Part shown: piece by piece, positions 9,464 through 19,405 of the stretch | Layout of the letters: every line of letters begins with the position of its first letter | Position numbering within the stretch: position 1 is the stretch's first letter | DNA from: an uncultured Marinoscillum sp. | Lineage (GTDB): Bacteria > Bacteroidota > Bacteroidia > Cytophagales > MED-G16 | Direction of reading: 5' to 3' | Assembly: GCA_902523065.1 (NCBI GenBank) | Contig: CABYXZ010000001.1 | Location: forward strand, 263,540-327,539 | DNA: 64,000 nucleotides | Position numbers and translations under genes: made by a program | Notes under the pieces: model-generated | What the model saw: the letters and a program-made list of their open reading frames with translations, nothing else | Databases searched by the model: none | Told to the model about the DNA's origin: nothing

Positions 9464-10939
9464 TTAATATTTCGCTGGTGATGTTGGGATAGTATTTTTT
9501 ATAAATTCCCTAATGTCATCATTAGAATTTTTTAAATCTTCTCTTCTCAAATACATCATGTGACCACTCTCGTAACCCTTGAAAGATAGTCTGTCTTTCA
9601 TCTTCCCACTAGGATCAATATGCCACATAGTATATTTAGCATCAAAATATTGAGTAGCACCGTCATAATAACCGGATTGAATCATAACATTGAGGAAAGG
9701 ATTTTTAGCCATTGCCTGTCTTAGATTATCTCCAGTTCTGTCATTATCTCTATTCCAAGGTCTCACATTACCCCAGACATTATAATTCATATTTGTCTTA
9801 TAATTTAATTCGTTATTAAGATAATATTGCATAGCTGGTGTGAACGCGTGATCCCAAGCATCTAGCTCAGGATAACTACCCACAGAAACACCTGAATTTT
9901 TTTTATCTATACCTCTATATCTTGAGTCCAATCTTCCAAGAATAAAGCCCTCATCATATAATAATTTTTTCCAAAAATATTGATCCGTTACATCTAAATT
10001 ATTGTCAATAAAATCTCTAGCTGAAAGACCAGAATATTTTGAGGCTATTTTTGCAATTTCTGATCTTTTATCGTCAGTTATCGAATTACCAAGAGTAATA
10101 GCTGGCAGAAACTCTTCAACAGTAAATTTTTCAACAACTTCTAAGAGATCCAAAAGTTCCATCTTTTGTAAATCATCATCTAATTTGTCGTGGTACCATG
10201 CTGTTGCTGCAAAATAAGGTAATCTTAATGCAGATCCTACTGGACCATCTCTGTCAATACCTAAACCTGTTGGTGAAACCAAGATAACACCATTAAGATA
10301 TGTGGTGTGGTATCGACTTTGAAGCTCAAGAGCTAGCCCTGAGCATCTTGTTGTTCCATAACTTTCTCCAATAAGATACTTAGGAGATAACCACCTATTA
10401 TATTTATTGATAAAGTCTTCAATCCACTGAGCTAAATACTCAATATCTGAATTAACACCAAAAAACTTTGACCTATCATAATCTTTGTCTAGTATTCTTG
10501 AGAGACCAACATTTACAGGGTTTACATAAACAATGTCAGCTACATCGATAATTGAGTGAGGATTATCCTTTATGCCATAAGGTTGTACTGGGTAGCCTTC
10601 ATCATCAATGTTTAGTGTTCTCGGACTTGTATATCCCATATGCATCCATATAGATGCAGCGCCTGGACCTCCATTGAAGGAAAAGAATATTGGCCTGTTT
10701 TTGATATCTTTTACATCGGATCTCTTATAATATGTATAAAATAAAGTTGCGACTGCGTTGTCATCTTCACTCCAGACCGGTAGAGTTCCTGCAGTTGCTG
10801 AATATGGAATTCTTGTGCCATTCACTGTTACAAAATGATTCGTAACGACTGAGCTTTCAGCTTCTATACTTCTAGATACCTGAGAGAGAATATTGTTACT
10901 AACAAAAAATATTAAGATTAATAAAAAAAAGTTTTTCAT
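9464..10939 (-). CDS. S10 family serine carboxypeptidase, secreted
   Basis: 'FNGGPGAASIWMHMG' and 'GESYGTT' are S10 hallmarks. Start moved to the second Met (MKNFFLLILIFF...) because the first Met lies inside the upstream gene's terminator hairpin. Confidence 0.85.
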   Translation of the reverse strand: MKNFFLLILIFFVSNNILSQVSRSIEAESSVVTNHFVTVNGTRIPYSATAGTLPVWSEDDNAVATLFYTYYKRSDVKDIKNRPIFFSFNGGPGAASIWMHMGYTSPRTLNIDDEGYPVQPYGIKDNPHSIIDVADIVYVNPVNVGLSRILDKDYDRSKFFGVNSDIEYLAQWIEDFINKYNRWLSPKYLIGESYGTTRCSGLALELQSRYHTTYLNGVILVSPTGLGIDRDGPVGSALRLPYFAATAWYHDKLDDDLQKMELLDLLEVVEKFTVEEFLPAITLGNSITDDKRSEIAKIASKYSGLSARDFIDNNLDVTDQYFWKKLLYDEGFILGRLDSRYRGIDKKNSGVSVGSYPELDAWDHAFTPAMQYYLNNELNYKTNMNYNVWGNVRPWNRDNDRTGDNLRQAMAKNPFLNVMIQSGYYDGATQYFDAKYTMWHIDPSGKMKDRLSFKGYESGHMMYLRREDLKNSNDDIREFIKNTIPTSPAKY

Positions 10940-10945
10940 GATATT

Positions 10946-10975
10946 AAAAAAAAAGGCCAAACATTTATTGGCCTT
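10946..10975 (-). terminator. rho-independent terminator downstream of the 11001..11447 gene
   Basis: On the minus strand: AAGGCCAA-(7 nt loop)-TTGGCCTT followed by a run of 9 T. Confidence 0.7.
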
Positions 10976-11000
10976 AATTTAACAATAATTTTCAAATAAA

Positions 11001-11447
11001 TTATTTCATATCCATATTTCCAGCCAGAGTCTTAGAGATTGCAACTAACATCATCAATGAATATATAGCATGATATACTCCAATTACTGTTGGTAGTAGT
11101 GGATTTGTAAGTATAAGGTATGCAAAAGAAGCATTGATAACTAAAATGGATGATTGGACCTTTAAAGACCAGGTTTTTTGAACTGAATCTTTATTTGGAC
11201 TAAGAAATCCACCAAAAGGACTTGCCAGTATAGCCTGAACAATAAATATCACAATAGAGACAAAGCTAAAATAATCCTGTGGATCCTCTAATAATAAACC
11301 TACTCTGTGAATAATAGGTATAAATGAGTACAGAAAAAGGCCTCCTAAAGCAAAAAATCTATCTTTTGCTACAGCTAGACCATAAATACTAATTGCAAGG
11401 CAAATTCCACCTGCAATAATTGGTATTAATAATTCATTTACTTCCAT
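11001..11447 (-). CDS. hypothetical integral membrane protein (4-5 TM)
   Basis: 148-aa ORF, strongly hydrophobic throughout, with its own terminator. No family recognised. Confidence 0.45.
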   Translation of the reverse strand: MEVNELLIPIIAGGICLAISIYGLAVAKDRFFALGGLFLYSFIPIIHRVGLLLEDPQDYFSFVSIVIFIVQAILASPFGGFLSPNKDSVQKTWSLKVQSSILVINASFAYLILTNPLLPTVIGVYHAIYSLMMLVAISKTLAGNMDMK

Positions 11448-11524
11448 AAATCTTAAATGTTTGGTTGAAAAATTAAATATAGTTTTTTTTGAATTAATTA
11501 ACGTTTATCATCTATATTAAAAAA

Positions 11525-12262
11525 ATGGATTTATTATCATCAAAAAATCATTACGAAAGAGATGAAAGAATTCAGTTTAGTAATTCAGATCATACATATC
11601 TAATCGACAAAAAAAATAAAGCAGTTTCAGTAACAGAACTTATTGGTAGATATTTTCCAAAATTTGATAAAGAGTTTTGGGCAAATAAAGAAAGTATTAA
11701 AACCGGAAAACCCAAAAATGAAATATTAAAAAAATGGGATGAACTTGGAAAGAAAGCTAGAGATCTTGGAACAGAATTACACGAACAAATTGAAAATTTT
11801 TATAATTCAAAAGAATATATTAGATCAAAAGAACTAGATAAATTTTTCAAATTCCATAAAAATCATATACAAGATAAATACCAGCCCCACAGGACAGAGT
11901 GGAGAATATTTGATGAAGATAAAAACCTTGCAGGTACTGTGGATATGGTGTACGAAAAAGAAAACGGTGAACTATTCATTTTTGATTGGAAAAGAAGCAA
12001 AAAAATAATCAACTCTGATGGATCAATAGAAAAAAATAATCCATTTGAAAATGGGCTCAACGGATTAAGTCATCTACCCTCAAGTGACTACGTAAAATAT
12101 TGCTTACAACAAAATATATATAAGAACATTCTGGAATCTAAATACGACAAAAAGGTTTCAAGCATGAACCTATTAATTCTACATCCTTACCTAGAAAATT
12201 ATCATATTATACAAGTAGAAAGTTTCAAGAATGAAACAAAATACCTTCTAGATTCGATTTAA
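11525..12262 (+). CDS. PD-(D/E)XK nuclease superfamily protein (RecB/MGME1-like exonuclease fold)
   Basis: Ordered motifs 'GTELHEQIE', 'GTVDMVY', 'IFDWKRSKK' (D..D/E-x-K) and 'CLQQNIYKNIL' (QxxxY). Confidence 0.7.
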   Translation: MDLLSSKNHYERDERIQFSNSDHTYLIDKKNKAVSVTELIGRYFPKFDKEFWANKESIKTGKPKNEILKKWDELGKKARDLGTELHEQIENFYNSKEYIRSKELDKFFKFHKNHIQDKYQPHRTEWRIFDEDKNLAGTVDMVYEKENGELFIFDWKRSKKIINSDGSIEKNNPFENGLNGLSHLPSSDYVKYCLQQNIYKNILESKYDKKVSSMNLLILHPYLENYHIIQVESFKNETKYLLDSI

Positions 12263-12269
12263 AATTCAT

Positions 12270-12869
12270 ATGGATTACTCTGATGCATTTAAGGTTTTAA
12301 AAAATGATCAAGTCATGAGTTTTTTAATTAAAAGATTTAAAAACGAAATTGATATCACAGATAGATATAACAATGATTATGCTAAAGCAATTTCAGACTT
12401 AATAATTGAACAACAAATTAGTTTCAAGGCTGCTATAACAATTAAGAAAAAATTTAATGTTCTCCTAACCAAAAGTGATAATCTCCTGGATATACCGGAC
12501 GAGAAAATTAGATTAATTGGTATTTCTTCAAGAAAGGTTGAATACATAAAAAATGTATATAAATTTTTTGAATCAAACGAATTTGACTTTCAAAAATTGA
12601 CTGACGAAGAAACAATAAAAATATTATGTGAAATAAAAGGTATTGGTAGCTGGACAGCAGAGATGTTCCTTATATTTATTTTATTTAGACAAGATATTTT
12701 CTCAAAAAAGGACTTGGCACTTATTAATAGTATTAAAATAAATTATGGTATTAAAGACCTTTCAAACAAAAAACTAGATAAACTAATATTGAGTTGGAAA
12801 CCATACAATACGATAGCTTCACTTTTGTTATGGAAGTCAATAGAGGAAAAATATTTCTATCGTTTTTAG
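12270..12869 (+). CDS. alkA: DNA-3-methyladenine glycosylase II family (HhH-GPD) protein
   Basis: HhH-GPD signature 'IKGIGSWTAEMFLIF' with a downstream catalytic-region 'KKDLAL'. Lies 7 nt after the nuclease gene. Confidence 0.7.
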   Translation: MDYSDAFKVLKNDQVMSFLIKRFKNEIDITDRYNNDYAKAISDLIIEQQISFKAAITIKKKFNVLLTKSDNLLDIPDEKIRLIGISSRKVEYIKNVYKFFESNEFDFQKLTDEETIKILCEIKGIGSWTAEMFLIFILFRQDIFSKKDLALINSIKINYGIKDLSNKKLDKLILSWKPYNTIASLLLWKSIEEKYFYRF

Positions 12870-14540
12870 TTACTTTGGATATCTGATGTTATCAATTAAC
12901 TCAGCCACATGCTTAGGTGGTTTTTTAAATACCATCGACACTGTTATTGATGTTACAAAATTGCACAACATTGCAACTGATCCAAATCCTTCTGGAGAAA
13001 TACCAAACCACCACTCAGACTTTGGTGGAATATCACCCAACCAACCTAGTTTAAATTTCATCATGTAGAATAACATTACAGATATTCCAACAAGCATTCC
13101 ACTTATAGCGCCCTCCTTATTTACTCTTCTAAAAAATATTCCAAGAATGATAGCAGGAAATATTGATGCAGCAGCTAAACCAAAAGCCAAAGCAACAACA
13201 GCGGCAACAAAATCAGGAGGATTGTAAGCAAAATAACCGGCCACTAGAACAGCAAATGTTGCTGATAATCTAGCTATGATAAGTTCATTTTTTTGCGATA
13301 TAGATGGATATAAAATTTTCTTTATTAAATCATTAGATACAGCTGTTGATATAACAAGTAACAAACCTGCAGCAGTTGATAATGCAGCAGCTAGACCTCC
13401 AGCTGCAACTAGAGCTATAACCCAAGCTGGTAGATTTGCAATTTCAGGGTTTGCTAAAACCATAATATCGTTGTTAATATAAAGTTCATTCTCAGAAGAG
13501 TTTATATAATTTATTATACCATCATTATTTTTATCATTAAACTTTATCAGACCTGTATTTTCCCAATTCTTAAACCATTCGGGCATCATCACATACTCCT
13601 TATTACTAACTGTTTCGATTAGATTAACTTTTGAAAATACAGATACTGCTGGTGCAGTTGTATATAAAATTGTTATAAATAATAATGCTAACCCTACAGA
13701 TTTTCTTGCGTCACTAACCTTCTTAACAGTAAAAAATCTTACAATAACGTGAGGTAAACCAGCAGTTCCAACCATGAGTGCCATGGTAATACAAAATACA
13801 TCAATAACTGACTTTGATCCCTTGGTATATTCTGTGAAACCCAAATCTTTTGATAGCATATCAAGTTTATCCAGAAGATATATACCTGAACCATCATTAA
13901 TTACTGATCCCATTCCCAGCTGGGGAATAAAATTTCCAGTCATCTGGATCGATATAAAGATAGCAGGAACCATAAAGGCAAAAATTAGAACACAGTATTG
14001 TGCAACCTGAGTGTAGGTAATACCTTTCATACCACCGAGTACAGCATAAAATAATACTATAACCATACCGATTAACACACCCACTTCAAAAGGGACCTCT
14101 AAAAATCTGGAAAATACAATTCCAACTCCTTGCATTTGGCCTGCTACATATGTAAAAGATACGATCAAAGCACAAAAAACAGCAACTAATCTTGCATTGG
14201 TTGAGTAGTACCTTTCTCCTATAAAATCCGGTACTGTATACTTTCCAAAGTTTCTTAAATAAGGAGCAACTAATAATGCAAGTAGAACATAACCCCCAGT
14301 CCAACCCATTAAGTAAACTGATCCATCATATCCTGAAAATGCTATAATTCCTGCCATTGAAAGAAATGACGCTGCAGACATCCAATCAGCAGCAGTAGCC
14401 ATTCCATTAGCTAAAGGAGATACGCCTTTACCAGCAATATAAAACTCATTTGTAGAATTTGCTTTGGACCATATAGCAATTCCTATGTAAAGCATAAATG
14501 TAATTCCAACAATTATATATGTCCAGGCTTGTACATCCAT
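12870..14540 (-). CDS. sodium:solute symporter family, large subunit (ActP/VC_2705-like)
   Basis: 556 aa with about 13 TM segments. SSF-type sequence throughout. Paired with a DUF4212-type small subunit immediately upstream. Confidence 0.85.
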   Translation of the reverse strand: MDVQAWTYIIVGITFMLYIGIAIWSKANSTNEFYIAGKGVSPLANGMATAADWMSAASFLSMAGIIAFSGYDGSVYLMGWTGGYVLLALLVAPYLRNFGKYTVPDFIGERYYSTNARLVAVFCALIVSFTYVAGQMQGVGIVFSRFLEVPFEVGVLIGMVIVLFYAVLGGMKGITYTQVAQYCVLIFAFMVPAIFISIQMTGNFIPQLGMGSVINDGSGIYLLDKLDMLSKDLGFTEYTKGSKSVIDVFCITMALMVGTAGLPHVIVRFFTVKKVSDARKSVGLALLFITILYTTAPAVSVFSKVNLIETVSNKEYVMMPEWFKNWENTGLIKFNDKNNDGIINYINSSENELYINNDIMVLANPEIANLPAWVIALVAAGGLAAALSTAAGLLLVISTAVSNDLIKKILYPSISQKNELIIARLSATFAVLVAGYFAYNPPDFVAAVVALAFGLAAASIFPAIILGIFFRRVNKEGAISGMLVGISVMLFYMMKFKLGWLGDIPPKSEWWFGISPEGFGSVAMLCNFVTSITVSMVFKKPPKHVAELIDNIRYPK

Positions 14541-14542
14541 CT

Positions 14543-14800
14543 TTAATTATCTTTTTCTTTCTTATACACTCTATCAAGACTATTTATGAGATACACATAA
14601 ATAAATATGATAATTACAAAGACGTACATTGAGCCTTGCTGAGCAAACCAAAATCCTAGTTTAAATCCAGCAAATGAATAACTATCCAAATAATCCTTAA
14701 GTAGTATTGAAAAACCAAATGACACTATAAACCAAACTGAAAGTAATATCCCGACATACTTTAAATTATTATTCCAGTAATTAGTTTTTTTATCATTCAT
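14543..14800 (-). CDS. solute:sodium symporter small subunit (DUF4212)
   Basis: 'MNDKKTNYWNNNLKYVGILLSVWFIVSFGF...GFKLGFWFAQQGSMYVF' is typical DUF4212. Start set at the internal ATG (14800); the track's longer start would overlap the divergent M24 gene. Confidence 0.75.
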   Translation of the reverse strand: MNDKKTNYWNNNLKYVGILLSVWFIVSFGFSILLKDYLDSYSFAGFKLGFWFAQQGSMYVFVIIIFIYVYLINSLDRVYKKEKDN

Positions 14801-14846
14801 TATGATTAGCTTATAAAAATTTATAATTTTTAGAAAAGTTAATGTT

Positions 14847-16178
14847 ATGAAGTTAATTAATATAATCCTATTAGTCATATTGTCAAACCAAATTCAATCA
14901 CAGAGTATACTTGGCCTAAAAGAGAGAGCAAGAGTAATTAGTGAAATTCAAAAAGACAGATTAGATAATCTGCTACCTAAACTAATGGATGAGACAGGAA
15001 TTGATATGTGGGTTCTTATTACAAGAGAATATAATGAAGATCCCATTATCAAAACACTACTACCTCCTACCTGGCTTAACGCTAGAAGAAGAACCATAAT
15101 AGCATTTTACCACAATAAAGATGAAAATAAAGTAGAAAAAGTTGCGATTGCAAGATATAATTTTGGTGAAAACATACCATCAATATGGAACAAAGATGAG
15201 GAACCTAATCAAATGGCAGCATTATCTAAATTTATCGAAAGTAAAGATCCAGAAAAAATTGGATTAAATTATTCTGAACACTTTGCACTTTCTGATGGAA
15301 TTGTAAAAACTGACTATGAATTATTCATGAGTAGCATATCAAATAAAATGGCAAAGAGAGTTGTCTCAGCTGAGGAACTTGGAATTAGATGGATAGAGAC
15401 TAGGACAGAAAAAGAGATGATTATCTATGACCAACTTGTTGAGATCACCCACGGAATAATAAGAGATGCTTTTTCAACAAAAGTTATAACCCCGGGTGTC
15501 ACAACAACTAACGATGTTGTTTGGTGGATGAGAGAGAGGGTTAATGAGTTAGGTTTGAAGACATGGTTCCATCCAACTATTGATGTACAAAGAAATGATG
15601 TAAGTGATCTCTATGCTTTTGATGGAAAATCAAAATTCGATATTATAATGCCTGGAGACCTTGTCCATTGTGATTTTGGAATTACATATTTAACATTAAA
15701 TACTGACTGCCAAGAGCTTGCATATGTATTAAAACCTAACGAAACAAAAGCCCCAAAATATCTAGAAGATGCACTAATTGAGGGCAACGAAGTTCAAGAT
15801 ATAATGACTGGATTATTTGAAAAAGGAAAAACCGGTAACGAAATTTTAAGTGAGACTCTTAGAATTGGAAAAGAAAAGGGATATAAACCTCAAATATATA
15901 CCCACCCACTTGGAACTTATGGCCACTCAGCAGGAACAACTATTGGGATGTGGGATTCTCAAGGTGGTGTACCTTTTAATGGTGATTTTCCAATGAACTA
16001 TAACACTGTTTATGCAATTGAGCTAAATACTAAGGTATTTATCGAGGAATGGAATAAAGAAATTAGAGTTATGTTAGAGGAAGCTGGAACTTTTGAAGAA
16101 ACTGGTTTCAGATATGTTAATGGAAGACAAACAAAACTAATTCTTATAGGTGATCAAAGAGTACACTTAGGAAATTAA
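14847..16178 (+). CDS. M24 family metallopeptidase (Xaa-Pro aminopeptidase-like), exported
   Basis: Signal peptide. Pita-bread fold motifs 'GDLVHCDFG', 'HPLGTYGHSAG', 'VYAIELN...MLEE'. Confidence 0.75.
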   Translation: MKLINIILLVILSNQIQSQSILGLKERARVISEIQKDRLDNLLPKLMDETGIDMWVLITREYNEDPIIKTLLPPTWLNARRRTIIAFYHNKDENKVEKVAIARYNFGENIPSIWNKDEEPNQMAALSKFIESKDPEKIGLNYSEHFALSDGIVKTDYELFMSSISNKMAKRVVSAEELGIRWIETRTEKEMIIYDQLVEITHGIIRDAFSTKVITPGVTTTNDVVWWMRERVNELGLKTWFHPTIDVQRNDVSDLYAFDGKSKFDIIMPGDLVHCDFGITYLTLNTDCQELAYVLKPNETKAPKYLEDALIEGNEVQDIMTGLFEKGKTGNEILSETLRIGKEKGYKPQIYTHPLGTYGHSAGTTIGMWDSQGGVPFNGDFPMNYNTVYAIELNTKVFIEEWNKEIRVMLEEAGTFEETGFRYVNGRQTKLILIGDQRVHLGN

Positions 16179-16180
16179 AG

Positions 16181-17086
16181 TTAAGAGTCAACCCTTCTGT
16201 AGGCATCAATTAGTTCTTTTTCTCCTTTTATTCCTGATAAAGATTTACCATGCTCCATACCTAAGATTCCATCGAAGTTTTTCTCTTTAATAAATTTGAA
16301 TATGTTGTTATAATTTATCTCTCCTGTAAGAGGTTCTTTCCTTCCTGGATTATCTCCTATCTGGAAATAACCAATTTCATCCCAACAACTCTCAATATTC
16401 GGTATTAAATTTCCTTCTTGTATTTGCTGATGGTATATATCAAATAAAATTTTACATGATGGCGAGTCAACTGATTTACATATCTGATATGCCTGAGGGC
16501 TTCTACTTAGAAAAAGACCAGGGTGGTCACGAAAGTTCAAAGGTTCAAGTACCATAACTAATCCGTGTGGTTCTAGGATATCTGATGCTCTTTTAAGAGT
16601 TTCAATTACATTTGATGTCTGATATGATATGTTTTTTCTCTGATCTAATAAACCAGGAACAACTGTCATCCACTTTGCATTAACCCTTTTGGCGACATCC
16701 ACAGACTCTCTGATATCTTTGAGGAATTCTTCCCTGAAACTAGAATCACCACTCGTTAAATTAGGTTTATCCCAATAAATTTTATGTGCAACAAATACTC
16801 CCATCGACATATTGTTGCTCTCAAGTGCTTTTGAAATCTTATTTTGAGTACTTAAGCTTCTACTTTTCATTGAATTATCCTCAAATGCAGCAAAACCCAT
16901 TTCAGACATAAAACTAATTTGATCAGCTTCATCTTTACCTGCAGAGTTTTCAAACATTCCAAGATGAGGAGCATAGTTTAATTTAAATTTCTCATTTTCA
17001 TAAATACTAGAAAAAAGTTTATTCGAGGAGATAATAGCAAGAGAAGCTCCAAATGATAATTTTTTAACGAAAGGTCTTCTATCCAT
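16181..17086 (-). CDS. xylose-isomerase-like TIM-barrel protein (sugar phosphate isomerase/epimerase, Hyi-like) with Tat signal
   Basis: 'MDRRPFVKKLSFGASLA' is a twin-arginine leader. 'VLEPLN', 'FDIYHQQI', 'GMEH' are TIM-barrel metal-site motifs. Confidence 0.75.
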   Translation of the reverse strand: MDRRPFVKKLSFGASLAIISSNKLFSSIYENEKFKLNYAPHLGMFENSAGKDEADQISFMSEMGFAAFEDNSMKSRSLSTQNKISKALESNNMSMGVFVAHKIYWDKPNLTSGDSSFREEFLKDIRESVDVAKRVNAKWMTVVPGLLDQRKNISYQTSNVIETLKRASDILEPHGLVMVLEPLNFRDHPGLFLSRSPQAYQICKSVDSPSCKILFDIYHQQIQEGNLIPNIESCWDEIGYFQIGDNPGRKEPLTGEINYNNIFKFIKEKNFDGILGMEHGKSLSGIKGEKELIDAYRRVDS

Positions 17087-17095
17087 ATAAAGAAT

Positions 17096-18406
17096 TTAAA
17101 TAAATTTTGTTATTCCTGGTATTGGCACATCATATCTTCCATCTCCATTTGGCATTATCGGAGGTGGCGAATTCCAATCTAAGTTGTCAGGGACAAGATC
17201 TTCTTTAGAGTTCATAATCTGATCCCAAGTTATTTTTTGACCTGTATATGTCGCCATCCTACCCATTATTGCAGCAAGTGTACTTTTTGCTCCATTAAAT
17301 GCATCATTTATTTCTCCTCCCTCTCTAATAGATGCAAACAATTTATCGTGTTCGACCTGATAGGGGTTCGCATCTTTAGATGATGAAATAGGATACTTAT
17401 AAATTGAACTTCCATCGAGTGATGATATTTCACCTTTTCCCAATGTGACTGTTCCTCTTGATCCCTGGAATACCTCATCTACCCTACTTTCAGTTCCTTT
17501 CTGGTGTCGACACTGGCTTGAAATAACCTGTCCAGACGGATAGGTGAATTCAACAAAATGATGATCGTATATATGACCGTGATCTTTTCCGTTTCTCACC
17601 TCTCTTCCTCCCATACCTTGAGCACTTTTTGGATAATCACCAATGAACCAGTTGGCAACATCAATGTTATGAATATGTTGTTCAAGGATATGATCGCCAC
17701 AAATCCAGTTAAAATAATACCAGTTTCTCATCTGATACTCAAGCTCTGTCTGGTTAGCTTTCCTGTTATTGGTCCAAACTCCTCCATCGTTCCAGTAAAC
17801 TTGACCAGATACTATTTTACCTATTGCACCAGATTTTACTTTTTCGTATAAGTCTAGGTATTTATTCTGATAATGTCTTTGTAAACCTACTATAACATTT
17901 AGTCTTTGTTCTTTTGCTTTTTGTGCCGATTTTAAAACTCTCCTTACACCTGTAGCATCTGTAGCAAGTGGTTTTTCCATGAAAACATGTTTTCCATTAT
18001 CTATGGCACACTCAAAATGTAGAGGTCTAAAGCCTGGTGGCGTTGCAAGAATCACCACATCACATAAATCTATAGCCTTCTTATATGAATCAAAGCCGAC
18101 AAAAATATTTTTCTCTTTTAAATTTATTTTTTTCTTATTTCCAAAATGCTCTCTTATACCCTTAAGACTTTTCTCAATTCTATCAGAAAATACATCTGCC
18201 ATAGAAATTATCTCAACATTATCATCCGCCTCCATTGCCTGTACTATTGCACCAGATCCTCTGCCACCACATCCTACAAGTGATATTTTTAATTTTTTAT
18301 TCTCAGTAACATTAGCAAATGCGTCAACTGGAAGTGTTGTAGCTAGAGTTGCTGTTGATAAAACAGCTGTTTTTTTTACAAAATTTCTTCTTGATTCTTT
18401 ATTCAT
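17096..18406 (-). CDS. Gfo/Idh/MocA family oxidoreductase with Tat signal
   Basis: 'SRRNFVKKTAVLS' Tat leader. Rossmann 'LVGCGGRGSG', 'MEKP' motif, and a C-terminal domain typical of the periplasmic Gfo-like family. Confidence 0.85.
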   Translation of the reverse strand: MNKESRRNFVKKTAVLSTATLATTLPVDAFANVTENKKLKISLVGCGGRGSGAIVQAMEADDNVEIISMADVFSDRIEKSLKGIREHFGNKKKINLKEKNIFVGFDSYKKAIDLCDVVILATPPGFRPLHFECAIDNGKHVFMEKPLATDATGVRRVLKSAQKAKEQRLNVIVGLQRHYQNKYLDLYEKVKSGAIGKIVSGQVYWNDGGVWTNNRKANQTELEYQMRNWYYFNWICGDHILEQHIHNIDVANWFIGDYPKSAQGMGGREVRNGKDHGHIYDHHFVEFTYPSGQVISSQCRHQKGTESRVDEVFQGSRGTVTLGKGEISSLDGSSIYKYPISSSKDANPYQVEHDKLFASIREGGEINDAFNGAKSTLAAIMGRMATYTGQKITWDQIMNSKEDLVPDNLDWNSPPPIMPNGDGRYDVPIPGITKFI

Positions 18407-18436
18407 ACTAGTTAGTTTATATTTTTAATTTAGAAT

Positions 18437-19375
18437 TTAATCCGAATAATTCCAAAACATCCTTTTCAACTTTTCAGATTCATTGTTTAATGGTCTTACT
18501 ATCCTAAAACCTATGTTAGGAGCATCAGTATTCCACCAAAGGCTTTTAGGTATCTGAGGATCTCGTTTCTGTAAGTCTTTAGTTGAAAAATCTCTGTAAT
18601 AGCTCTTTAAATTTGATGGATTATCTTCCCACGATCCACCCCTTATAACCCTGGGGTACTTACTATCTCCAGATTTAAACGGATTTTTTTTTCTCCTTTT
18701 CTTGTATGTGTTTTTCTCGTAAACGTCTGCAGTCCACTCTGCAACATTTCCTAGCATATCATGAAGTCCAAAACTGTTTGGTTTTTTTTGTCCTACTTTC
18801 TGGTATTTTCCTTCCGAGTTAGAACTATTCCATGAGTAATCATTGATAATTAAATTATCCATGTCCTCAGAACATGCATATTCCCATTCTGCTTCGGTGG
18901 GTAATCTATAATAATAACCAGTCTTAGATGAAAGCCATTCACAAAACTTGGACGCAGCATAATGAGTCATATTAACTGCTGGAAAATCTTTTTTACCCAT
19001 TCCAAAACTCATATCTACGTATGGAGTTGTAGGTCCTGATATACCATCTATCTCATCTATGAAATCAGCCCTTTCAAAATTTTCTTTTTCATCAAAATTT
19101 GTCTGATCCATAAATAATTGATATATATCCCATGTAATTTCATACTTTGAAATCCAAAATGGTGACACTTCAATTTTTTTGGAAGGCGAATAATCCATAG
19201 ATTTTATAGAATCATTTCCCATATCAAAACTACCATTAGGTATATAAACCATTTCCAATGTGGACCCATCTATTGGTAGGTCTTGAACATAATTTTTTTT
19301 TGATGCAAACTCAAAATATTGAATATGTGGGTTAAAGAAAAGATTTAAAATATTGAAAAAAAGTACTTTGATCAT
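18437..19375 (-). CDS. formylglycine-generating-enzyme (SUMF1/GldK-like) family protein
   Basis: 'YRLPTEAEWEYA', 'GLHDMLGNVAEW', 'RVIRGGSW' and 'IGFRIVRP' are FGE-sulfatase domain hallmarks. Confidence 0.8.
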   Translation of the reverse strand: MIKVLFFNILNLFFNPHIQYFEFASKKNYVQDLPIDGSTLEMVYIPNGSFDMGNDSIKSMDYSPSKKIEVSPFWISKYEITWDIYQLFMDQTNFDEKENFERADFIDEIDGISGPTTPYVDMSFGMGKKDFPAVNMTHYAASKFCEWLSSKTGYYYRLPTEAEWEYACSEDMDNLIINDYSWNSSNSEGKYQKVGQKKPNSFGLHDMLGNVAEWTADVYEKNTYKKRRKKNPFKSGDSKYPRVIRGGSWEDNPSNLKSYYRDFSTKDLQKRDPQIPKSLWWNTDAPNIGFRIVRPLNNESEKLKRMFWNYSD

Positions 19376-19405
19376 TAGAATTGAAATATAAATATCAAAT
19401 AAATT

